17,547 nucleotides of DNA, from positions 1 to 17,547 of the forward strand of contig JBQTJP010000235.1 of the NCBI GenBank assembly GCA_052386995.1, given 5' to 3'. This stretch comes from Armatimonadota bacterium. Its GTDB lineage: Bacteria > Sysuimicrobiota > Sysuimicrobiia > Sysuimicrobiales > Humicultoraceae. The translations under genes were made by a program, and so were the position numbers. The notes beneath the pieces were generated by a model. The model searched no databases and was not told where the DNA came from. It saw nothing but the letters and a program-made list of their open reading frames with translations. The stretch's first letter is position 1; the number at the start of each line of letters is the position of its first letter. Shown here piece after piece: positions 8,673-17,547 of the stretch.

Positions 8673-9743
8673 TTACGTCACGAGCGCGGCGACACGGTCG
8701 CCGAAGGCCGAGGTGGATAGCGCGGGCTGCCCGGCCGACACATCCGCCGTCCGTGCTCCCTCGGCCAGCACCTGGTCCACGGCGCGTTCGACGGCGGCGG
8801 CCTCGGCGTCCAGCTGCAGCGCGTGCCGCAGCAGCATCGCGCCGCTGAGAATCGCGCCGATGGGATTGGCGATGCCCCGTCCGGCGATGTCCGGCGCCGT
8901 GCCGTGCACCGGCTCGTAGAGCGACGGTCTCCCCTCACCGAGGCTGGCCGACGGGAGAAGGCCGAGCGAGCCAACGAGACCCGCCGCTTGATCGCTCAAG
9001 ATATCGCCGAACATGTTCTCGGTCACGATGACGTCGAACGCCGACGGCCGCCGGACCAACTGCATCGCCGTGCTGTCGACGAATGCGTGATCGAGCATCA
9101 CGTCGGGATACTGCCGGCCGATTTCGGTGACGACCTCGCGCCACAACTGGCCGGAGTGCAGCACGTTGGCCTTGTCGACCGACGTCACGTGCCGCCGCCG
9201 CGAGCGCGCCAGGCGGAACGCGGTGTGAGCCACCCGCGCGACTTCATCCTCTTTATAAGGAAGCGTGTCGACCGCCAGGCGGCGGCCGTCCTGTGTCGAG
9301 CGCCCTCGTGGCTCGCCGAAGTAGAGTCCGCCGGTCAGCTCGCGGACGATGAGCAGATCGGTCCCATTGATGATCTCAGGGCGCAGCGGCGAAGCATCAT
9401 GCAGCCCGGCAAACATCCGCACCGGGCGCAGGTTGGCAAAGAGCGTCAGGTGACGGCGCAGCGCCAGTAAGCCCGCCTCCGGACGCCGGTCCGGTGGGAG
9501 CCCGTCCCACTGCGGCCCGCCGACCGCGCCGAGCAGGATGGCATCCGCCCGGCGGCATGCGGCGAGCGTGTCATTCGGCAGGGGATGACCGGTCTGCTCG
9601 ATCGCGGCCGATCCAAACGGACTCTCGTCGAAGGCAAACGCGTGATTGTGCGCGCCGGCCACCGCGCGCAGGACTTTGATCGCTTCCGCGGTGACCTCGG
9701 GGCCGACGCCATCGCCGGGGAGAACGACGATCCGGGCCTGCAC
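8673..9743 (-). CDS. leuB: 3-isopropylmalate dehydrogenase
   Basis: IVVLPGDGVGPEV, GAVGGPQW, LFANLRPV, VRELTGGLYFG, VDKANVL, TENMFGDILSD, YEPVHGTAPDIAG. GTG start at 9743 chosen by family homology. Confidence 0.97.
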   Translation of the reverse strand: MQARIVVLPGDGVGPEVTAEAIKVLRAVAGAHNHAFAFDESPFGSAAIEQTGHPLPNDTLAACRRADAILLGAVGGPQWDGLPPDRRPEAGLLALRRHLTLFANLRPVRMFAGLHDASPLRPEIINGTDLLIVRELTGGLYFGEPRGRSTQDGRRLAVDTLPYKEDEVARVAHTAFRLARSRRRHVTSVDKANVLHSGQLWREVVTEIGRQYPDVMLDHAFVDSTAMQLVRRPSAFDVIVTENMFGDILSDQAAGLVGSLGLLPSASLGEGRPSLYEPVHGTAPDIAGRGIANPIGAILSGAMLLRHALQLDAEAAAVERAVDQVLAEGARTADVSAGQPALSTSAFGDRVAALVT

Positions 9744-9774
9744 CGTGAAAGGCGTCCTGGCCGCGTTCTGGCTC

Positions 9775-9936
9775 TTAGTAGGCTTCCTGGATCTGGCGGC
9801 ACACCCATGCCGCGTCGTGATCGTCACCGGCCTTCGCGCCGTTGCTGCGTCCCCGCAGCTCCTCGGCGAGCGCGACGAGATCGACGTCGCCGTCCCAGCC
9901 ACAGAATAGGGTGTGCCAGACCGCTCTCCACTCCAT
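9775..9936 (-). CDS. Small hypothetical protein (53 aa)
   Basis: ATG at 9936 with GGAGG at 9944-9948 (7-nt spacer), 19 nt after the leuD stop. It fills most of the leuD-leuB gap. Sequence: MEWRAVWHTLFCGWDGDVDLVALAEELRGRSNGAKAGDDHDAAWVCRQIQEAY. Confidence 0.6.
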   Translation of the reverse strand: MEWRAVWHTLFCGWDGDVDLVALAEELRGRSNGAKAGDDHDAAWVCRQIQEAY

Positions 9937-9955
9937 CGCCGTTCCTCCGATGACC

Positions 9956-10477
9956 CTAGGGCTTGGACGCGGGACCTGCGCCCGCGCTCTGCATCTTCTG
10001 GCGCACGTACGGGATGATGCCGCCGGCTGCGACCAGGCGACGCATGAACTCGGGCAACGGCGCCGCGGTGTGCGTCGTGTCGCGCGCGTCATTGGTGATG
10101 CGCCCGGTCTCGTTGTCGACCGTGAGGTGATCGCCGCTCTCTGTGACCGCGTGCAGGTCTTCGCATTCCAGCAGCGGCAGCCCGATATTGAACGCATTGC
10201 GGTAGAAGATCCGTGCGTACGACCGCGCGACGATGCACGAGATCCCCAACCCCTTGATCGCAATCGGGGCATGCTCGCGCGACGATCCCTGGCCGAAGTT
10301 CTCTCCGGCCACCAGGATATCGCCGGGACGGATCTTCGACGCGAGCGTCGGGTCGAGATCTTCGAAGCAGCGCGGGGCCAGCACCTTCGGATCCGCGGTC
10401 ACCAGATAGCGCGCCGGAATGATGACGTCGGTATCGATGTGATCGCCCAATTTCCACGCCGTGCCTTGAAAGATCAT
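9956..10477 (-). CDS. leuD: 3-isopropylmalate dehydratase small subunit (short, LeuD type 2/HacB-like)
   Basis: GDHIDTDVIIPARYL, GENFGQGSSREHA, ARIFYRNAFNIGLP. ATGA overlap with the leuC stop. Confidence 0.95.
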   Translation of the reverse strand: MIFQGTAWKLGDHIDTDVIIPARYLVTADPKVLAPRCFEDLDPTLASKIRPGDILVAGENFGQGSSREHAPIAIKGLGISCIVARSYARIFYRNAFNIGLPLLECEDLHAVTESGDHLTVDNETGRITNDARDTTHTAAPLPEFMRRLVAAGGIIPYVRQKMQSAGAGPASKP

Positions 10478-11763
10478 ACGTGTGCCCCCGCTTCGGCCCG
10501 GCCCAGGACCTCATCGGGATGCGCGAGGCGCCCGAGCACCGCCGTGGCCGCGGCCACGGCCGGCCCCGAAAGATACACCTTGGCCTCGCGGTGTCCCATC
10601 CGGCCGACGAAGTTGCGCGACGAGGTGCTCACGCACACTTCGCCCGAGGCCAACACGCCCATGTGCCCGCCGATGCACGGGCCGCAGGTCGAGGCGCTGA
10701 CGACCGCCCCCGCGTCCATGAAGATCTCGATGAGCCCTTCCGCCAGCGCCTGGCGATAGACCGCGGGCGTGGCGGGGATGACGAGCAACCGGGTACGGGG
10801 ATGCACCTTGCGGCCCCGCAGCAGCCGCGCAGCGACGCGGAGGTCTTCGAGACGGCCGTTGGTGCACGTGCCGATGAAGCACTGATCGACCGGGACGCCG
10901 GCCGCTTCCCGCACCGAGACGACGTTGCCCGGCGACGACGGCGCCGAGACTACCGGCTCGAGCCGGCTCGTGTCGTACTCGCGAACGGTCGCATACTCGG
11001 CGTCGGGATCGGCAAACGCCGGGGTGAACGGCCGCTTCGCGCGCGGCCGTACCCAGTCGAGGACCGTCTCGTCGGGCTCCATGATGCCGTTCTTGCCGCC
11101 GGCCTCGACCGCCATGTTGGCGATGCTGAACCGCTCGTCCATGGTCAGGTGCTTGAGCGCCTCGCCGACGAACTCCATTGCGCAGTAGCGCGCGCCGTCC
11201 ACGCCGATGTCGCCGATGATCTGGAGGACCATATCTTTGCCGGTCACCCAGGGCGCCGGCCTCCCGTGCAGCACGAAGCGCAGCGTTTCCGGCACGCGAA
11301 ACCACAGGCTGCCGGTCGCCATGGTCGCGGCGAGATCCGATGAGCCGACGCCCGTCGAGAACGCGCCGAGCGCGCCGTGGTTGCACGTGTGGGAGTCGGC
11401 GCCGACGAACACCTCGCCGGGAAGCACGAGGCCGTCCTCGGCGAGCAGGACGTGGGCGATGCCGGCGCGGCCCACCTCGTAATAATGTGGAATGTCGTGG
11501 GCCCGGGCGAACTCCCGCATGACCTTGCACTGCTCGGCCGACGCGATGTCCTTGTTGGGCGCGTAGTGGTCGGGCACCAGCGCCACGCGCTCGCGATCGA
11601 ACACGGTCGGGACGCCGATCTTCTCGAACTCGCGGAAGGCCAGCGGCGCGGTGATGTCGTTGGCAAAGCAGAAGTCCACTTTGGCCTCGACCAGGTCGCC
11701 GGGACGTACGCTCTCCAGACCCGCGTGAGAGGCGAGAATCTTCTCGGTCAGTGTCATCCCCAT
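10474..11763 (-). CDS. leuC: 3-isopropylmalate dehydratase large subunit (short LeuC type 2/HacA-like)
   Basis: MGMTLTEKIL, DH motif, GADSHTC, [4Fe-4S] ligands GTCTNGR and CGPCIG, STSSRNFVGRMG. ATG at 11763, 4 nt after the leuA stop. Confidence 0.96.
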   Translation of the reverse strand: MGMTLTEKILASHAGLESVRPGDLVEAKVDFCFANDITAPLAFREFEKIGVPTVFDRERVALVPDHYAPNKDIASAEQCKVMREFARAHDIPHYYEVGRAGIAHVLLAEDGLVLPGEVFVGADSHTCNHGALGAFSTGVGSSDLAATMATGSLWFRVPETLRFVLHGRPAPWVTGKDMVLQIIGDIGVDGARYCAMEFVGEALKHLTMDERFSIANMAVEAGGKNGIMEPDETVLDWVRPRAKRPFTPAFADPDAEYATVREYDTSRLEPVVSAPSSPGNVVSVREAAGVPVDQCFIGTCTNGRLEDLRVAARLLRGRKVHPRTRLLVIPATPAVYRQALAEGLIEIFMDAGAVVSASTCGPCIGGHMGVLASGEVCVSTSSRNFVGRMGHREAKVYLSGPAVAAATAVLGRLAHPDEVLGRAEAGAHV

Positions 11764-11767
11764 CGCG

Positions 11768-13360
<1,593 letters not shown>

Positions 13361-13373
13361 GGGTCTTCCTCCG

Positions 13374-14849
13374 CTACGCGACCGCGATGTCGACGGCCGG
13401 CCGCATCGCCGAGAGCGTCTTGAGCACGCCGTGGATTTGGTGAGCCCGGAACGCGGCGATCAGCGCCGCATCGACGCGCGGGCGCTCGTCCGCATCCGGA
13501 TAGGCAATCTGGGTCAACTGCGCGTCAAAACGGGGCCCCCACTTTCGCGCGCCCAGCCGCGCGGTCGTCGAGCAATTGTCCACCATGTAGGCGACGCCGC
13601 GTGCGTGCATGTAGGGCAGCAGCGAGTCGACCGCCTCGATGACCGACTCGTTCGCAATCTCTGAATATGGATGGTCCCGCTCGACCAGGACGTCGACCTG
13701 AGCCATCATCGCTCCGAGAAAGACGCCGGCGGTAAACGCGTGGACCTCCGGGGTCATGCGTCCGCGCCGCCCGCGGACCGAGGCTCCGACCTTCCACATC
13801 CGGCTGCCGTCGATCTGCGGAATCGGGTACTCCCGGAGCCTCTTCCCGGCCAGCACGATGCTGCGCAACTCGTTGCCCGACTCCACTTCACAGTAGATCT
13901 CGACCATGAGCGGCTTCGAGGTCGCGTAGGCCGCGGAATAGGCCCGCTCGAAGTCCACGCGCTCCGGCGCCGACAGGCGCTCGTAGACGGTGAGCAGGCC
14001 ATCGTGGGAGATCGTCCGCGCGATCGGCCCGGTGATGGTCTCGCAGGCGTGCACGAAGGCTTCTTCTTCCGAGAACCCTTCCGCGGCGTACCGCCGGTAG
14101 AGGCTCTCGACGATCCCATGCACCGCGCCCAGCAGAATCGCGCGCTCACCGAAGATGTCGGACAGATATTCGGATCGCAGCGTGGTCTTGAAGGTGTACG
14201 GGGCGCCAAGGCCCACCGACCACGCCAGCGCGATGTCGGTGGCGCGGCCGTTCAGATCGCGCTCGACCGCGAACGAGGTGTTGATGCCGGCGCCGTCGAT
14301 ATCCCGCCCCTGCTCGTACAGGCGGCGCACGGATGGCCCCATGCCCTTCGGGCAAACGCCGATGACGTTGACGTGCGGCGGGAAATCCAGGCCCTGATTG
14401 CGCAGGTGGCCGAGCAGAAATCCGTGCGACAGCCCCAGCGTGGCGCCGGGCCGCAGCCGCTCGAAAATTCTGGGATAGAGCTCTGCCTGGGCGGCGTCGG
14501 AAATCAGGAGCAAGATCAGATCGGACTTCGCAATGACGTCAAACATCTCGCCCAACGTGCCGTCGCTCTCGCTGAAGCCGGCCTGACGCGCCTGCGCGCT
14601 CGAAGGGGACCCTTGACGCAGGCCCACCACAACGCGAATGGGCGTCCCTGCCAGCGACTCGCGCAGATTCTGGGCCTGTGCCGGGGCCTGCGAGCCCCAG
14701 CCGATCACGCCGATCGTCGCGATCCCGTGCAAGGCTTTCGGCAAGAGCCCCAACAGGTGCCGCCCGCCGCGAACGAACGCCTCCCGGCGTCCGGCCAGCT
14801 CCAGCGTCTCGACCGGGAACACCGTGGACGTGAAGGTGTTGTGGCTCAT
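13374..14849 (-). CDS. ilvC: Ketol-acid reductoisomerase, long class II, plant-like
   Basis: 491 aa. [84 protein letters not shown]. Duplicated C-terminal knotted domain. Confidence 0.95.
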   Translation of the reverse strand: MSHNTFTSTVFPVETLELAGRREAFVRGGRHLLGLLPKALHGIATIGVIGWGSQAPAQAQNLRESLAGTPIRVVVGLRQGSPSSAQARQAGFSESDGTLGEMFDVIAKSDLILLLISDAAQAELYPRIFERLRPGATLGLSHGFLLGHLRNQGLDFPPHVNVIGVCPKGMGPSVRRLYEQGRDIDGAGINTSFAVERDLNGRATDIALAWSVGLGAPYTFKTTLRSEYLSDIFGERAILLGAVHGIVESLYRRYAAEGFSEEEAFVHACETITGPIARTISHDGLLTVYERLSAPERVDFERAYSAAYATSKPLMVEIYCEVESGNELRSIVLAGKRLREYPIPQIDGSRMWKVGASVRGRRGRMTPEVHAFTAGVFLGAMMAQVDVLVERDHPYSEIANESVIEAVDSLLPYMHARGVAYMVDNCSTTARLGARKWGPRFDAQLTQIAYPDADERPRVDAALIAAFRAHQIHGVLKTLSAMRPAVDIAVA

Positions 14850-15347
14850 CTACGTGTTCTGAGGGCCGCGCACGAGCGTCACCTGACCCGTGCGGGCCAT
14901 CTCCCTGATCCCGTGCTTGGCGAGCAACAACGCGATTGCGTCGACCTTCTCGCTCCGGCCGGTCACCTCGAGCGTCATCGTCTTGTCGGTCAGGTCCACG
15001 ACGTTCGCACGGAACACCGTGGAGATCTCCATGATCTCCATGCGCGTGCCCGGCGTCACGTTGACCTTGATCAGCGCCAGCTCACGATCCACCGACGGCG
15101 TGCCGTCCACCGCCGTCGCGCGGAGCACCTCGACGAGTTTGCGCAGTTGCTTGGCGAACTGTTCCGTGCGCTCCGGCGGGGTGTCGACGACGATCGTCAT
15201 CCGCGAGACGGTCGGATCCTCGGTGGGTCCCACCGAGAGACTGTGGATGTTCACTCCACGCCGGCGGATCAGCCCGGCCACGCGCACCAGGACGCCCGGC
15301 TGATTCTGGACCAGCACAGAGATCGTCGCCGCGTGCGGCTCACTCAC
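14850..15347 (-). CDS. ilvN: Acetolactate synthase small (regulatory) subunit
   Basis: ACT domain ISVLVQNQPGVLVRVAGLIRRRGVNIHSLSVG, SRMTIV, RELALIKV, EMARTG. The GTG at 15347 overlaps the ilvB TGA. Confidence 0.95.
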   Translation of the reverse strand: MSEPHAATISVLVQNQPGVLVRVAGLIRRRGVNIHSLSVGPTEDPTVSRMTIVVDTPPERTEQFAKQLRKLVEVLRATAVDGTPSVDRELALIKVNVTPGTRMEIMEISTVFRANVVDLTDKTMTLEVTGRSEKVDAIALLLAKHGIREMARTGQVTLVRGPQNT

Positions 15348-17065
15348 TCGAGAATCATCTCCGCCACCGACTGGCCCGAGGGAATCATCGGCAGACAGTT
15401 CTCCTCGGGGTCGCAGATTACGTCGAGCACGCACGGCACCCCTTCGGTCTCCAGCGCCGCCCGCAGCGCCGGCTCGACCTGCTCGGGGCGCTCCACCCGC
15501 ATGCCGCGCGCGCCGAACGCCTCGGCGATCTTCGCGAAGTCAGGATTGCGCAGGATCGACGACGACAGGCGTCCGCGATAGAAGAACGTCTGCCACTGCC
15601 GCACCATCCCCAGCGCACCGTTGTTGAGCACGACGATCGGCAGGCTCTGCTGGTGCTCGACCGAGGTGATGAGGTCCTGAATCGTCATCATGAACCCGCC
15701 GTCGCCCACGACGGCGACAACCGTCCGGTCGGGACGCGCGAACTTGGCGCCCATGGCCGCCGGAAAGCCGAAGCCCATCGCGCCGAGCCCGCCGGAGGTG
15801 ATGAACGTGCGCGGCTCACGGCATCGGTACCACTGGGCCATCCACATCTGATGCTGGCCGACGTCGGTCGTGACAATGGCTCCTCCGCCGGTCAACCGGC
15901 TGACCATGTCGCAGACGAACTGGTGGCTGATCTTATCGCCCGTCTGCCTGTAGCGGAACGGATGGCGCTCGCGCCACTCGTCGATCTGCTTCCACCACGC
16001 CTCGATCCGCGGCGCGCGCGCCTGGGCGGCGAGTGCCGCCAGCACCCGCTTGGCGTCACCTACGATGGGGATATGGGCCGGTTTGTTCTTCCCGATCTCC
16101 GCCGGGTCGATATCTATGTGGATGAAGCGTGCGCGCGGCGCGAAGTCCTTCAGACGCCCGGTCACGCGGTCGTCGAACCGCACGCCCACCGCCAGGATCA
16201 CGTCGGCGTCGTTGATCGCCCAGTTGGCGAATGCGCTGCCGTGCATGCCGAGCATGCCCAGGCACAGCGGGTTGGTCTCGTCCATGGCGCCCTTGCCCAT
16301 GAGGGTCAGGGCGGTCGGGATGCGCGTGCGCTCCACCAGCGCGGCTAGCTCGGGGGTCGCGTTGGCGCTGATGACGCCTCCGCCCGCGTAGATGATGGGG
16401 CGCTCCGCTTCGGCCAGCGCGTCGACAGCCGCAGCGACCTGCTTGGGGCTCCCGTCGAGCACAGGCCGGTAGCCGGGAATCGTGGTCTCCTCGGGAAAGT
16501 GCGGCTCGCACATCTCCTGGGAGACATCCCGTGGGATGTCCACGAGCACCGGGCCGGGACGCCCTGTGCTCGCCAGGTAGAAGGCCTGGTGGACGGCGCG
16601 CGGCACGTCGGCGGCGTGCATGACAAGGGAGTTGAACTTGGTGATCGGCATCGTGATGCCGGTGACGTCGGCTTCCTGAAAGGCGTCGTTGCCGATGACC
16701 GGACGTGGGACCTGGCCGGTGATCGCGACGACCGATATCGAATCCATCATCGCGTCAGTGAGACCCGTGACGAGGTTGGTCGCCCCGGGGCCGGACGTGG
16801 CCGTGCAGACGCCTACGCGCCCTGATGCGCGCGCGTAGCCGACCGCGGCATGCGCGGCGACCTGCTCGTGGCGCACCAGGATGTGGCGGAGCGACTCCGC
16901 ATCGTACAGCGCATCGTAGATCGGAAGCGATGCGCCGCCGGGGTGGCCGAAGAGAACCTCGACCTGCTCGCGGCGGAGCGCTTCGATCAGCGCCTGCGCG
17001 CCGCTCATCTGCCTGGGGCGCGCGGTGGTGCGCGTCGTGCGCGGAGCCGTCATCTGTCCTGCCAC
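15344..17065 (-). CDS. ilvB: Acetolactate synthase large subunit (biosynthetic)
   Basis: FGHPGG, RHEQ, TSGPGATN, FQEAD, GMLGMHG, RFDDRVTG, TDVGQHQMW, SGGLGAMGFG, and the ThDP motif GDGGF...LNN. The start is either GTG 17065 (GGAGGGG upstream) or ATG 17053. Confidence 0.97.
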   Translation of the reverse strand: MAGQMTAPRTTRTTARPRQMSGAQALIEALRREQVEVLFGHPGGASLPIYDALYDAESLRHILVRHEQVAAHAAVGYARASGRVGVCTATSGPGATNLVTGLTDAMMDSISVVAITGQVPRPVIGNDAFQEADVTGITMPITKFNSLVMHAADVPRAVHQAFYLASTGRPGPVLVDIPRDVSQEMCEPHFPEETTIPGYRPVLDGSPKQVAAAVDALAEAERPIIYAGGGVISANATPELAALVERTRIPTALTLMGKGAMDETNPLCLGMLGMHGSAFANWAINDADVILAVGVRFDDRVTGRLKDFAPRARFIHIDIDPAEIGKNKPAHIPIVGDAKRVLAALAAQARAPRIEAWWKQIDEWRERHPFRYRQTGDKISHQFVCDMVSRLTGGGAIVTTDVGQHQMWMAQWYRCREPRTFITSGGLGAMGFGFPAAMGAKFARPDRTVVAVVGDGGFMMTIQDLITSVEHQQSLPIVVLNNGALGMVRQWQTFFYRGRLSSSILRNPDFAKIAEAFGARGMRVERPEQVEPALRAALETEGVPCVLDVICDPEENCLPMIPSGQSVAEMILE

Positions 17066-17104
17066 AGCGTCCCCTCCCACCTCGACCTGTGCATTCGGTC
17101 CTAG

Positions 17105-17147
17105 AAAAACACGACGCGGGAGCATCCTAAGGACGGATGCTCCCGCG
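17105..17147 (-). terminator. Intrinsic terminator of the T-box expression platform
   Basis: Perfect 13-bp stem CGCGGGAGCATCC/GGATGCTCCCGCG (17115-17147) with a 7-nt loop, followed by UCGUGUUUUU. It overlaps the 3' half of the antiterminator. Confidence 0.88.
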
Positions 17148-17332
17148 GTACCACCTTAGTTCCCCCGCCATCGCGGCCGGGGGCCCTCAAACCCGTATCG
17201 GGGGCGACCGGCGGATTCTACTTGGATTCGAACCCGCGGCTCGGGGATGAGCTTCGGCAGGCGGGGAGACCGGCTCACACCAGACCCGGTTCGCTAGGCT
17301 CTCGCGAGCCTGCCTACTGTTCCCGTCATCGC
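17105..17332 (-). promoter_or_regulatory. Leucine T-box riboswitch (transcriptional attenuator type)
   Basis: Minus strand: stem I with GA motif (GCGAUGA...CGAGC), AGUA/GAA loop-E, GGCAGGC/GCCUGCC pairing, AGCGA bulge and GGUGUGA distal loop; specifier loop GAAG-CUC-A (CUC at 17249-17251); stem II with AGUA/GAA; stem III; T-box AACUAAGGUGGUACCGCG; antiterminator AAGG-UGGUACC-GCGG...CCGU-CCUU. Confidence 0.95.
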
Positions 17333-17342
17333 ATGCGCGCGT

Positions 17343-17399
17343 TAATGTGAAGAAGCCTGAGCGACAGGCACCGGTGAGGAACCTGTCCCCCAGGCTTCT
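17343..17399 (-). terminator. Terminator-like hairpin of the ykkC/ppGpp expression platform
   Basis: AGAAGCCUGGGGGACAGG...CCUGUCGCUCAGGCUUCU (about 18 bp, one G-G mismatch, 17351-17399). Its 5' arm is the aptamer P3 3' strand and tail. The U-tract is weak (CUUCUUCACAUU). Confidence 0.65.
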
Positions 17400-17488
17400 A
17401 TCCTGAAGGTGTAACGGCGACTGGCCGTCTGCGCCGCTTGGACCGGTCCGGTCCGGGTGGGACCGCGGAACCCTAGGCGCACTCCCTC
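17376..17488 (-). promoter_or_regulatory. ykkC-family riboswitch aptamer, most likely ppGpp-sensing (subtype 2a)
   Basis: Minus strand reads GAGGGAGUGCGCCUAGGGUUCCG...GGUCCAAGCGGCGCA-GACGGC...GCCGUU-ACACCUUCAGGAUAGAAGCCUGGGGGACAGGUUCCUC. It has the ykkC hallmarks CUAGGGUUCC, GGUCCRAGCGG, ACAC, a P3 with A-rich loop, and a closing P0 helix (GAGGGA/UUCCUC) as in subtype 2. Its position upstream of BCAA genes points to 2a. Confidence 0.87.
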
Positions 17489-17498
17489 GACTGCTTGC

Positions 17499-17526
17499 AA
17501 CGTACTGCGCGCAGCCTTGCTATAAA
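17499..17526 (-). promoter_or_regulatory. Possible sigma70-type promoter for the riboswitch leader
   Basis: Minus strand TTTATA-N16-TACGTT, ending about 10 nt before the aptamer 5' end, in a locally AT-richer stretch. Weak consensus match. Confidence 0.3.
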
Positions 17527-17547
17527 GTTAGCCGCCATCGTAGCAAC

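Noticed and set aside
9744..10272. Extended starts for leuB (9902) and the small ORF (10272), suggesting a frameshift or fusion
   Set aside because: leuD and leuB are each complete by motif content, so the extensions are just open frames in GC-rich DNA.
13671..15581. 636-aa plus-strand ORF
   Set aside because: Antisense to ilvC, ilvN and ilvB, with no motifs or RBS. GC-bias artefact.
17205..17245. GGTTCGAATCC on the minus strand resembling a tRNA T-loop
   Set aside because: No cloverleaf or acceptor stem. It falls within T-box stem II.
17495..17526. Plus-strand TTGCAA...TGCTATAAA as a divergent promoter
   Set aside because: The 20-nt spacer is too long and the downstream gene is outside the window, so it cannot be supported.

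Overview
High-GC bacterial window. Most of it (1812-17488) is a co-directional minus-strand run. It begins with a tandem regulatory RNA leader: a ykkC-family aptamer of the ppGpp type with its own terminator-like hairpin, followed directly by a complete leucine (CUC specifier) T-box with antiterminator and terminator. The leader precedes a branched-chain amino acid operon: ilvB-ilvN-ilvC-leuA-leuC-leuD-(53-aa small ORF)-leuB. Downstream are a putative lipoprotein, a metal-dependent amidohydrolase, a Dpp/Opp-type substrate-binding protein with two permeases, and an M14/AstE-AspA-type deacylase. Two Dpp/Opp ABC ATPase genes on the plus strand (the first cut by the window edge) converge on this run and overlap its last gene by 41 bp. 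The most notable items are the ppGpp + T-box two-input leader, a long plant-like class II IlvC, a small ORF with a strong RBS inside the leu genes, and an ABC cassette without ATPases that faces an ATPase pair. All assignments come from motif recognition by eye; no searches were run.
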